Positions 12,480 through 22,798 of a stretch of 50,835 nucleotides of DNA are shown here, piece after piece (the stretch's first letter is position 1; each line of letters starts with the position of its first letter). Origin of the DNA: Octopus bimaculoides (taxonomy: Eukaryota); the NCBI RefSeq assembly GCF_001194135.2, contig NC_068989.1, positions 14,860,580-14,911,414 on the forward strand. Direction: 5' to 3'. The notes beneath the pieces are model-generated. The model was not told the origin of the DNA, did no database searches, and was given only the letters and a program-made list of their open reading frames with translations. Position numbers and translations under genes: made by a program.

Positions 12480-12692
12480 TTAACAACAGTTGGAGGAAGG
12501 GATGAAGGAGAAGAAATGTATGCCAAAAATGTGACACAAGCAAATACAAGAACTCCGCTTTCCAGCAGCACAGGAGTGTTGCTAATAATATCCACTTTGG
12601 ATTGAGCCTCCACTTCTGATGGAGTTGAGAGACACCGTGTTTGATATATGATATGTCTTGGGCATTTAAACAGTCTCACCACAACCAATTTC
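12480..12692 (-). CDS. Candidate 213-nt internal exon of unknown product
   Basis: Pyrimidine tract plus AG at 12694-12693; open frame KLVVVRLF...SLPPTVVK; donor AA|GTAACA coincides with the in-frame stop; no recognisable homology. Confidence 0.22.
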
Positions 12693-12699
12693 CTCAAGA

Positions 12700-12728
12700 G
12701 AGAAGGAGAGAGAGAGAGATATAGATAA

Positions 12729-12759
<31 letters not shown>

Positions 12760-12926
12760 GACAGACAGACAGAGACAGACAGACAGAGACAGACAGACAG
12801 AGACAGACAGACAGAGACAGACAGACAGAGACAGACAGACAGAGACAGACAGACAGAGACAGACAGACAGAGACAGACAGACAGAGACAGACAGACAGAG
12901 ACAGACAGACAGAGACAGACAGACAG
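12700..12926. repeat. (GA)n then (GACA)n/GAGA minisatellite with ~14-bp period
   Basis: CAGACAGACAGAGA repeated. Confidence 0.92.
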
Positions 12927-13102
12927 AATGAAGGTTCTTACTACTAAACTGACTGGAAATGTATTTATCAACCCAGAAAGGTAAAGCCCATTTCTACAGG
13001 ATTTGAACTTTTGAACTCAGTGTGCAGAGATCCAGAACAAGTACCTGCTTGGCATTCTCTCCAACATTCTAATGATTCTATTACATTGATATCTTTAATA
13101 AT

Positions 13103-13687
13103 GTGAGGGCATGTGGCTTAATGGTTAGAGTATTTGGTTGTGTGTTGTTTCCTTGAGCAAGCCATTTTTTTTTGTATTGCCAGTCCACTCAGCATGTGAA
13201 GGCGCATGGCTCAGTGGTTAGAGCATCGAGCTTACGATCGTGAGGTTGTGAGTTTGAATCCTGGACCAGGCTGCGTGTTGTGTTCGTGAGCAAGACACTT
13301 TATTTCACGTTGCTCCAGTCCACTCAGCTGTAGAAATGAGTTGCGACGTCATTGGTGCCAAGCTGTATCGGCCTTTGCCTTTCCCCTGGATAACACTGGT
13401 GGCATGGAGAGGGGAGGCCGGTATGCATCGGCAACTGCTGGACTCCCATAAAACAACCTTGCCCGGACTTGAGAGGGTAACTTTCTAGGTGCAATCCCAT
13501 GGTCAGTCATGACTGAAGGGGGTCTCAGCCACTCAACTGTAGCCAAAATGAGTTGTACCTGTATTTCGAAAGGGCCAGCCTTGTTACATTCTGTGTCATG
13601 CTGAATCTCCCTGAGAACTATGTTAAGGGTACACATGTCTGTCAAGAGCTCAGCCTCTTGCATATTTAATGAGCAAGCTGTTCCGTT
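13103..13687 (+). mobile_element. Older chimeric SINE (CORE-like 5' part plus family B 3' module) at 13103-13193 and 13526-13687, split by family C
   Basis: Left CCTTGAGCAAG...CAGTCCACTCAGC; right CAGCCACTCAACTGTAG...AAAGGGCCAGCCTTG...CTGAATCTCCCTGAGAACTATGTTAAGGGTACAC (B tail). Confidence 0.75.
13196..13525 (+). mobile_element. Family C SINE, young and full length
   Basis: GTGAAGGCGCATGGCTCAGTGGTTAGAGC...GAAGGGGGTC; imperfect 12-13-bp flanking duplication. Confidence 0.9.
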
Positions 13688-14253
13688 ACTCAGTTCATCT
13701 CAGCAGAGTACCTGGAAAATTTTAGTGATAATTGTAAATTTGGAAAAAGAGTAACTGAAGAAAATTTAATTATCTTAACTTAATTCTCTTTTTAGTAATT
13801 AATAGGTGATGATAACTTAATGTTCATGTCCCAGCTAATTTATTTAAGGACACCAAATTCAGAAGAGGAAATTCAAATTAACATATGGCCCTTTCACAAT
13901 TGTCTGTAGTCTAACCCCTTGAAACATTATCATTTGAAACAGAATCTTGGGTGTTGGGTATGACTTAATCAGAAGTAGAAAGGTGGTGTCCAATGACTCT
14001 TTTTTCAGGGTTTTAGAGATTCATGGGAGGAATGGAGGAAGTTATGGTTGGACACAGGGTCCCAGCCTGAATATACGCATTAGAGTGGGGCTTTGACAAA
14101 GGTATAAAGATACTCAAAAGTTAGTGCTGGTCTTTAACCCATATGACAGATTAAGTTTCAAGTTTAAGAACCGTCCCTCCAAGAGGCTTCTACACAGTTT
14201 CTATCTCCTAAATTTTGTTCCATTCACATGATATTGGTGGGCCCATGGCTATA

Positions 14254-14470
14254 TGAGGGACAGGGTGCTGAAAAGTTCTTGCCTTTGGGTAGAAAAAAAT
14301 ACAGGAGGATCGATTATGATTTTATGAAACATATTCCCCTCTCAGATTTACACACCTATTGCAGTGGTCCTTCAGTTTTTCTAAGCCCTATAAAAGAACT
14401 CAGAAGTTTGGCCCTTCAACCAGGCCTTTCGCGATACCCTTAAAGCTAGGAACTTTTCGGCACCCCATCA
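14254..14470. mobile_element. mariner-derived MITE inserted at a TA within an old minus-strand A head
   Basis: TIR-like ends TGAGGG..GTGCTGAAAAGTTCTTG and GCTAGGAACTTTTCGGCACCCC; minus strand reads KDHCNRCVNLRGEYV*, like a mariner transposase C-terminus; second copy at 34501-34969. Confidence 0.8.
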
Positions 14471-14995
14471 TGGTAGAAGACATTTATTGAAGGTGCCAAA
14501 GGAACGCACTAGTGTTAAACCCTCATGACATATTAGGTCTACCACCCAAGGACAAGGAACACACCTTCCAAAGGATTCCACAAAGTTTCTGTCTACTAAA
14601 GCCCACAAAACTATGGTGGCTCCTCAGTTCTATTAGAAGAAACATGCCCAAGGTGCTATGCCATTATCTGTAGACAGACTGCTTTTAAAATTTGAAAAGG
14701 AGACAAAACCTATCTGTAAATCTAATCTCTCTATTCTCTTTAGAAACTAGTAAAAAAAAAGAAGTCTAACAAAAAAATGAAATGGAAGAAAATTTTAAAT
14801 TGTAGTTTCCATTTTTTAAAAAAAATGCAATAAAACATGAAAATCAAGTTACACAGGAAAAAAGTTTGAAATACAATTTCTATTAAAAATTTTAAAAAAC
14901 ACTAATAGAACATTTAAATAGAAAACTGAAATATCTGAGAAATGCTTTTCTCTGATTTTCATCCAAATTTCTTTTATTATTGCTAGAAAAACTAA

Positions 14996-15225
14996 GGCGG
15001 CAAACTGGCAGAATCGTTAGCACAACAGGCAAAATACTAAGTGGCATTTCGTCCATTGCTACGTTCTGAGTTTAAAATCCACCGAGGTCAACTTTGCCTT
15101 TCATCCTTTCGGGGTCGCTAAAATAAGTACCAGTTGAATGAACACTGGGGTCGATGTAACTGACTTGTACCCACCTCCCCCAAGCTGCCCTTGTGGCAAA
15201 AAAAAAAAAATTTGAAATAATTATT
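14996..15225 (+). mobile_element. Family D SINE, full length
   Basis: AAGGCGGCAAACTGGCAGAATCGTTAGC head, B box, central GTCAACTTTGCCTTTCATCCTTTCGGGGTC. Confidence 0.88.
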
Positions 15226-15234
15226 GCTAGAAAC

Positions 15235-15449
15235 CCTATTAGGCCAAACTGCTAAGTTAAGAGGCCATAAAGAAACCAACAGAGTGGTGAAGAGGGACAA
15301 ACATAACATAAAGACACACACAGCGGGCTTCCTTACAGTTTCCATCAACCAAATTCACTCACACAGCACAAGGTGTCATACAGTGGGACTGAACCTGAAA
15401 GCATGTGGTTGCAAAATGAGCTTCTTACCCACACAGCCATGTCTGTACC
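15235..15449 (-). mobile_element. Degenerate, internally deleted family A SINE
   Basis: GGGCTTCCTTACAGTTTCC...CAGTGGGACTGAACC...CACACAGCCATG. Confidence 0.7.
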
Positions 15450-16257
15450 TAGATAGATTATGTCCAAAAACAATTTTTTTTAATAAAAAAAAAAAAAAAA
15501 GACAGTGTGGAATGCTTTTGATCACAGGTTTTAGTAGATTGCAGTTGACCTAGGGCTAAATAGCATTATCATTCAATTTCCATTTTTTTTTCTTTTTTTT
15601 CCTTTCAGCAATAAAATCAGAATGACATTTTAAATTTACCGTCCTCTTAATACTTATATACCAGTCAAGTCTGTTCTTTATTGAGTTGGCTGCTTCCAGC
15701 TTTGACATCCTAAATTGGTAAAAACGGTTTAGCTGTTTGCACCTACCCTACTTAAAAGCAAATGAAAAAGAGGAAAAAAAAAAAAAAAGTCTGTTGCTTT
15801 ATTAGCAATCTGAATCACTTCTTGAATAACTTATGTGAATAACCTCTTACAGATGATTGATGGAATTCTAAGTTTGTTTTTCATAATGAGGTTGACAATT
15901 GCTGTTTTATGGTAATATATCATATTTCCTCTTTTCCGATGATAGAACAATGACAGTAGATCAAATTCCACCCCCAACTCCATCCGTAAGCTTAGCCTCA
16001 TACTACAGTTTTAACTATTGTAACCAATTCAAAAACTTTCCTGTCCAATATAGTTTGAGGGGATTTTTTTCTGGGGTTTTATCTTTTTTTTTTTTTTTTG
16101 ACACTATGAAAGAGATGAAGTTCAAGATTTCACAGTTTATGAAATTAAGTGTCAATAATTAAAAATACACAATCAAATATTGAACTATCACAACAACTTA
16201 TTTTTAGTCAGTATAATTCCTTATGCTGTATATACATATATATGTTAAAGTCTGTCA

Positions 16258-16308
16258 TACCGGCCATGACGACGGGAAATAGCTCTGAAACTCGAGTCGC
16301 CTTTATAT
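16258..16308 (+). ncRNA. Decayed minimal hammerhead-ribozyme-like motif (Penelope pLTR type)
   Basis: GGC-CATGACGA-CGGGAAATAGCTCT-GAAAC-TCGA-GTC-GCC: near-CUGANGA core, GAAA, palindromic ACTCGAGT, GUC triplet, stem I GGC/GCC. Confidence 0.45.
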
Positions 16309-16989
16309 AGTTATATTTATATATTTGATCCTTTATATTGAACACTCAATATTTCATCTACATTCAATACTTTCTTTCATGGTGCCATCCATTTTTATTT
16401 TATTTTATTTTATTTTATATTATATATTGTATATTATATTATATATTGTATATTCCATATTCTATACCCCACATTGGTTCTGCAGGAATATAAATAAAAC
16501 ATAAAAAACAGACAGTGTTGGAACTCTTTTAAACAAAATAATATATTCCTCTATACACAATCATACNNNNNNNNNNATATACCAGTTAGTATTCTGAATG
16601 AAGGCAAAATGTCTGGTAGACTCATCATAGGAATCTAGCTTACTGAGCTAAGTTCCTGAGACAAGCCTATGAAGTTAAGTTGCATGGAGATAAATCACAT
16701 TATTTTAAATAATAATTATTATTATTATAATTATTATTATTATTATTATTATTATTATTGTTGTTGTTGTTGTTGTTGTTGTTGTTATATATTTCAAAGA
16801 ATGGAGTTAACAAATGATAATCATTTCATCATCTTTCTATAATCAATCTATCGTAAGACAGTAATCATGCTGGCATCTATTGATCAATTTTCATATATTT
16901 TGTAGGGTTTTCTTTTATAACACATGCTGAACATGATTCTTCAGAATTTCATAAAAAGTGTAATATCTAGTAAATAAAAAGGAATGGAT

Positions 16990-17770
16990 AGCTCAAAACA
17001 TCACTACACACATTTCAATATTGTTGTTTCATTTCTTTCTAGCCTTTGCAAATCCCCTGCATTCAGAACCTACATTTCACTATAATGCAACACCACACTT
17101 CACATATAAGCATCATACAATCTACTCTCCACACTGAGAGAGAAAAACTTTTTTCTGTTACCAGCATAGGTAAAAGCACTCAGAGATTTTTCTATTCTAT
17201 TCTTATTCTGGATACTATATTTTCCATAGCCAATTAGATTGCCTTAGTAACAGAAGCTATTAACTACCTTTAGAGAACCATCAGCACATTTTCAAGAAAC
17301 TATTTAGAATGTACTCTTAATATTTACTACTTCTGAGCATCTGTCACATACTAAACCTGCTGTTTCTATTAGCCTCCTTGTGATTCCACTACAACATTGT
17401 GTATTCATAGGTTCAACCTACACCTTTTCTGCATATCAAGTACAACCATTCCACTGATAGTATCAGTATTTTTTTTTTCCTTGTTTCCTTACTAAGGCTT
17501 TATTTGTCTTGTGATTGGCCTGAGTCAGTAATTTCCTTTTTTTTTACATTTCCTTCACTCTCATAGCAGTTGACAATGATGCTGCAAACCAATCAATGGG
17601 TTTGAAACCTTCTTGCACCACCACATGACTTTTCAAGTGACTAGCCCAAGCCCTACTCCATCAGACATTTCCATCTTCTCTACATTTACTCCTAATGGAT
17701 CAGACACTTTCCTTGCCTTCATATCCCTAACCTTTAGCATACTTAATCAAATTATGTCGTTGTATGAGTT
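16990..17770 (-). pseudogene. Heavily decayed RTE-clade LINE ORF2 (reverse transcriptase) fragments
   Basis: Minus-strand translation with stops and shifts: MKARKVSDPLGVNVEKMEMS.., SIIVNCYESEG, CSGITRRL..LVCDRCS, LKVVNSFCY*G, RLYDAYM*SVVLHYSEM*VLNAGDLQRLERNE; matches the order of RTE RT motifs. Confidence 0.75.
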
Positions 17771-18099
17771 TTCTCCCCTGTAACTGCAGCTTCATTGTAT
17801 CGCATTGAGAGGGGAGAAAACACATACAGCAACATGATTCACCTTCAGTGTGCTAAAAGTTAATTGATATATCATCATCATCCTCATCATGCTTGTATGA
17901 GTCAAATGAAACTTGTTGAGGCAGATCTTCTATGGCTGAAAATTCTTTCTATCTCCAAACCATGGATTCTGAAGCAAACTTCTGAACCACATACACAAAT
18001 ACACTATACACACACACACACACCACCACCACCACCATTACATATACATACCCACACATTACATTACACATACATTATACACACATACAAACATATTTC

Positions 18100-18440
18100 T
18101 TAGACGTGGTCTCATTTTCATCATTAAGATGCAGGTTTAGACTTGAAATACCAATCAAGTATCTATTATTACTTAAACGATGATCACTCTACTTTCACTT
18201 TATTCTAAAGAAGAGCAGTATTAGTCATTACTTATCTAGAATACACTTAGATTTTTTTCCCCCCTTGGTGGGAAAATTAGTTGTGCATGCATCACTAGAC
18301 ATGGTCTCTCTTTAATCATTACGGTATAGGATTGAATGAAAAACATTAGTTATGTTATTGTCATTGTTGTTATGCTAACCATGGCCATTTTGCTGTTTAT
18401 TTGCTCCAAAGAAGAGTGGTGTTCAGTAACCTATTATATA
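18100..18440. repeat. Unclassified ~195-200-bp tandem repeat (about 1.7 units); third unit at ~22180-22372
   Basis: TAGAC(G/A)TGGTCTC at 18101 and 18296; AAAGAAGAG at 18207 and 18408; GGTGGGAAAATTAG..GTGCATGC.TCACTAGACATG shared with 22257-22294. Confidence 0.7.
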
Positions 18441-18446
18441 TACGTG

Positions 18447-18636
18447 TGTTGTGTGAAGCAGATATGGTTGTGGGTTTTCTTTCCAGCCACAATGGTTTCA
18501 GGTTCAGTCCTACTGTGCGACACAATGGACAAGTGACTTCTACAACAGCCTTGGTCCTACAACAGCCTTGGGCCTACAACAGCCTTGGGCCTACCACAGC
18601 CTTGTGAGTAGCTTTGGTAGACAGAAACTGAAAGAA
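18447..18636 (+). mobile_element. Old family A head containing a 4 x 17-bp internal tandem array
   Basis: CTACAACAGCCTTGG(T/G)C repeated at 18540-18607. Confidence 0.8.
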
Positions 18637-18938
18637 GGCGGCGAGCTGGCAGAAACGTTAGCACGCCGGGCGAAATGCTTAGCAGTATTTCGTCTGCTGC
18701 TACGTTCTGAGTTCAAATTCCGCCAAGGTTGACTTTGCCTTTCATACTTTCGGGGTCGATAAATTAAGTACCAGTTATGCACTGGGGGNNNNNNNNNNTC
18801 CGCCAAGGTTGACTTTGCCTTTCATACTTTCGGGGTCGATAAATTAAGTACCAGTTATGCACTGGGGGTCGATATAATCAACTTAATCCGTTTGTCTGTC
18901 CTTGTTTGTCCCCTCTGTGTGTAGCCCCTTGTGGGTAG
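18635..18938 (+). mobile_element. Young family D SINE with an alternative tail, inserted into the A copy (contains an assembly duplication across a 10-N gap)
   Basis: GGCGGCGAGCTGGCAGAAACGTTAGCACGCCGGGCG...; 18719-18788 repeated at 18799-18868. Confidence 0.88.
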
Positions 18939-18984
18939 TAAAGAAATAACACATACATACATACATACATACACACATACATAT

Positions 18985-19140
18985 ATGACAGGATTCCATA
19001 CAGTTGCCATCTACCAAATTTACTCACAAGGCATTAATAAACCTGGGGCTATAATAGAAGACACTAATCCAAGGTGCTTTGCAGTGGGACTGAACCCTAA
19101 ACACGTAGTTACAAAATGAGCTCCTAATATCACAGCCAGC
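18985..19140 (-). mobile_element. Old family A head
   Basis: CCAAGGTGCTTTGCAGTGGGACTGAACC. Confidence 0.7.
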
Positions 19141-19425
19141 TTGTTAATAAAATTTTTATCATTTCTGTTTTCTGTTACATTGTTTCTTACACATGTTTTC
19201 ATGTCGCTGATTACAATCAATCAATATATGTGATCCAAGTCACCTGGTTATGTTATTCTTTGACTAAAATATGCTAGACACTCTACAAATTTTTTTTTTT
19301 TTTGCTGTTTAGTCAGAAAGAGAAGGGCAACGCCATGACCATTTATATTTCTCTTCGAGGCCATAAAGACTACTAGAATGAAGGGAGTAAATTATCCTCA
19401 AACCAGACATCTGGCCCAAATGCTT

Positions 19426-19560
19426 GCAACAGAATGGACTCCACTGAAGGCATCCAAAGATCAGGTAGTGGCAACAGAATGGCCCCTGTTAAAGACATCC
19501 AAAGATCAGTCGATGGTAACAAAGTAGCAGCTGCTAAAAACATCCAAAGACCAGCTGGTG
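19426..19560 (+). repeat. 3 x 45-bp tandem repeat within an unclassified interspersed repeat (related copy at ~26280-26380)
   Basis: GCAACAGAATGG...CATCCAAAGA at 19426, 19471 and 19516; TGCAACAGAATGGACTCCACTGA also at ~26285. Confidence 0.8.
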
Positions 19561-20721
19561 GCTGTGTTAACCCAGGTAATGAATTAAGACCTTAGAACGC
19601 CCAAGACCTCAAAACACAGAGAGGTATAACAAAGGCGTCCAGTTCAATGCCCAAACAATTCTGCTAGAGTCCACTACCCTGGGTCAATCGGTACATTATT
19701 TTATCAACTCCAAAAATGACAAAAGGTAAAGTTAGCCTTGGCCTGTTTTGAACCCAGAGTACAAAGAGCCAGAACAAATACCATAAAAAACGTTTAGTCC
19801 GAAGCTGTAACAACTGCCAATTTACCACCCAGGCATTCTATTAAAATCCACACATAAAGAATATAAGGTCAGAATGAAGTAAGTTTCCTTTGTTGCCAGC
19901 AAAATGCTGAACATTCCACAGAACACCTCAGCACTCTGTATAATGCCTTAGTTTAACACAATGTCAGTTAACACATCAGACATCCTGCAACACAAGGCCC
20001 AATCCTCTTGCAAGTTGTTTGGAATGTCAGTGTTTTGTACAGTTTCATATATAAAGATGTATGTATGTATGTATNNNNNNNNNNNNNNNNNNNNNNNNNN
20101 NNNNNNNNNNNNNNNNNNNNNNNNNNNNNNNNNNNNNNNNNNNNNNNNNNNNNNNNNNNNNNNNNNNNNNNNNNNNNNNNNNNNNNNNNNNNNNNNNNNN
20201 NNNNNNNNNNNNNNNNNNNNNNNNNNNNNNNNNNNNNNNNNNNNNNNNNNNNNNNNNNNNNNNNNNNNNNNNNNNNNNNNNNNNNNNNNNNNNNNNNNNN
20301 NNNNNNNNNNNNNNNNNNNNNNNNNNNNNNNNNNNNNNNNNNNNNNNNNNNNNNNNNNNNNNNNNNNNNNNNNNNNNNNNNNNNNNNNNNNNNNNNNNNN
20401 NNNNNNNNNNNNNNNNNNNNNNNNNNNNNNNNNNNNNNNNNNNNNNNNNNNNNNNNNNNNNNNNNNNNNNNNNNNNNNNNNNNNNNNNNNNNNNNNNNNN
20501 NNNNNNNNNNNNNNNNNNNNNNNNNNNNNNNNNNNNNNNNNNNNNNNNNNNNNNNNNNNNNNNNNNNNNNNNNNNNNNNNNNNNNNNNNNNNNNNNNNNN
20601 NNNNNNNNNNNNNNNNNNNNNNNNNNNNNNNNNNNNNNNNNNNNNNNNNNNNNNNNNNNNNNNNNNNNNNNNNNNNNNNNNNNNNNNNNNNNNNNNNNNN
20701 NNNNNNNNNNNNNNNNNNNNN

Positions 20722-20755
<34 letters not shown>

Positions 20756-20756
<1 letters not shown>

Positions 20757-21085
20757 TAAGAGCACTCTGAGAGCGCAAATGTCTGCCAAGGCAACATCAA
20801 CGTCCTCCCAACAATTAGCCAAAGATGATTTTTAAAATGTGAATATCTGAAATAAATTCGACTTCTGTTACAAAGGAGAACACTAAAAATGAACTGAACC
20901 GCTCTCAAATATTAAGTAAAAAAAAAAAAACAGATAAGTAATCCAGAATCCCTATCTGGTACCAGACCGATCCCAAAATCTAATTATTTTGTGCCAGTTA
21001 CGAGGCCAAACATCCCTGAAAGTTTCATCTGAATCCATCCAGCAGTTCTTGAGATATTTTGTCCACAAACAAACACAACTGAAAA
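20756..21085 (+). mobile_element. Non-autonomous Helentron/DINE-1-like (HINE) element, 3'-truncated
   Basis: Sits after (AAT)n; core AGTTTCATCTGAATCCATCCAGCAGTTCTTGAGATAT followed by (CAAA)n resembles the DINE-1/HINE architecture; 3' hairpin absent. Confidence 0.45.
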
Positions 21086-21235
21086 AAGAGGCAAATTAGT
21101 GTTATCTGATGATGTAGAACTACCCAATGGTGAGAGAATTAAGGATGTTGAGGTGGCTGGATATAAGTATTTGGGAATTTTGGAGTATGACAAAATCAAG
21201 GAAAACTTTAGGCAAGGATGCCTCAGAAGAGGAAA
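21086..21235 (+). pseudogene. R4/Dong-clade LINE reverse-transcriptase fragment
   Basis: GKLVLSDDVELPNGERIKDVEVAGYKYLGILEYDKIKE: YKYLG motif in its typical R4/Dong context. Confidence 0.75.
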
Positions 21236-21254
21236 GCCCTCCTTTAGGGAAACA

Positions 21255-21470
21255 TATGAAGAAAATCCAAAAGGCCACACCTTAAGAAAACCAAAGTTCT
21301 GTATTACATGTCTCACAAGGGATCTGGAACACACAACAGAAGTGGATGAGAGGGGATACCCTAAAAATAGCTGAAGGTAGGATACTGAGACAGAGCTGAA
21401 AAAGGAGGGATTCAACTGGAGAGAAGGAGAAACGACAGCCCAAAGTTGAGAAAAGTTGTCAAAGAAATAG
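21255..21470 (+). pseudogene. RTE-clade LINE ORF2 C-terminal fragment
   Basis: GHTLRKP...RGYPKNS*R*DTETELKKEGFNWREGETTAQ, compared with the RTE consensus GHTLRK..RGRPKNTWRR..AQDR; homologous to 25519-25750 on the minus strand. Confidence 0.72.
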
Positions 21471-21779
21471 GGAGCGAAAGGCTTAAGTAAGAAAGATTGT
21501 ACTAGTCATATCAACCTCACATCAACAAACAAGGGTAATTACTTGAGAAAGATCACCATCTGTTCTGCTGGTCATGTGAACATTTTGGAAATACTAACTA
21601 TCCTAAAGTTTATGAGAGAGACTAAACCAGAAAGAAAGAAAGGAAGAAGGAAAGATGAAAGAAAGAAAAAAAAAGAAGGAAGTTAAAAAAAAAAAAGAAA
21701 AAGAAGAACAGATTCCTAACAATTGATGTTACTAACAGTAAAATGGGAATATCAATTTGCACAGAAGATGAATCTTTAA

Positions 21780-21780
<1 letters not shown>

Positions 21781-21834
<54 letters not shown>
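21781..21834 (+). repeat. 54-nt poly(A) run
   Basis: Direct reading. Confidence 0.95.
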
Positions 21835-21836
<2 letters not shown>

Positions 21837-22600
21837 AAAGAAATGAAGAAAAATGAAAACAATTACTAACAAAGATACGAAAAACAAAATAGCAATATAT
21901 AGGAAATTCTGTTGATTTTGGAAGGTCAGATATCCAATTATCTGTTTTAAAAATTATGGTCTGTCAGAATTGGTTTGACTAGAAGGCATTTCTTTCTAGT
22001 TATTGAGAAAGTGAATTTATTAGTATTCTCATTTTAATGTCTGCTTATATGCCATATTACAAGGATTGTATAGCTGTGGCGAACTGTCTATTATAATACT
22101 ATTTATGCATGTATAATCCAAAAAATGTTGTACTAGGATAAAAGTTCAAAATAAATAGAGGTGAGGGTAGGAAGCTTGGGGCAAATTATACTAAGGTGGA
22201 ACATTAATTATCTGCTATGTACTTATAATTTTTTTGTTTTTCTCCTTTTGCCTGTTGGTGGGAAAATTAGCCGTGCATGCTTCACTAGACATGATCCTAG
22301 TTACTACAATGCAGGTTTGAACTTGAAACATCAGTTACATTGTTGTAGCGCTCACCATAGCCAAAGCTGTTGTGGATGATTACATACTCAGACCCATGAC
22401 TAATTAGCATATTGTTTGTCCCGTTGTTGACAGTACCCCATCTGTTCAATAAAACCCTGTCACAGACTGGTTCAGTGTTTGTCACCAGCGCAAAATAAGG
22501 TCCCGCATCTGGCTATTTCTTGATGTGTGACACTTGTGTGACCATTTTTTTTTTAATTCTTGTTTTTTTGTTTTTAAATTCTATTTGTAAGCAATCTGTA

Positions 22601-22772
22601 AGGAGTAAATCGATTACATCAATCCTCAGCTGGTACTTATTTTATCAAGCCCCGAAAGGATGAAAGGTAAAGTCTACCTTGGCAGAATGTGAAATCAGAA
22701 CATGGAGACAGACGAAATGTCGGTAAGTATTTCACCCTGAGTGCTAACAATTCTGCCAGCTTGCTTCCTTAC
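22601..22772 (-). mobile_element. Family D SINE
   Basis: Reverse complement of the D head and central domain. Confidence 0.82.
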
Positions 22773-22798
22773 TTAGTAATAATAATAATAATAATAAT

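Noticed and set aside
18719-18868. Apparent 70-bp tandem duplication in the D SINE
   Set aside because: Identical copies sit either side of a 10-N gap: an unmerged contig overlap, not biology.
21781-21834. Long poly(A) as the tail of a processed pseudogene
   Set aside because: No upstream ORF, polyadenylation context or TSD identifiable.
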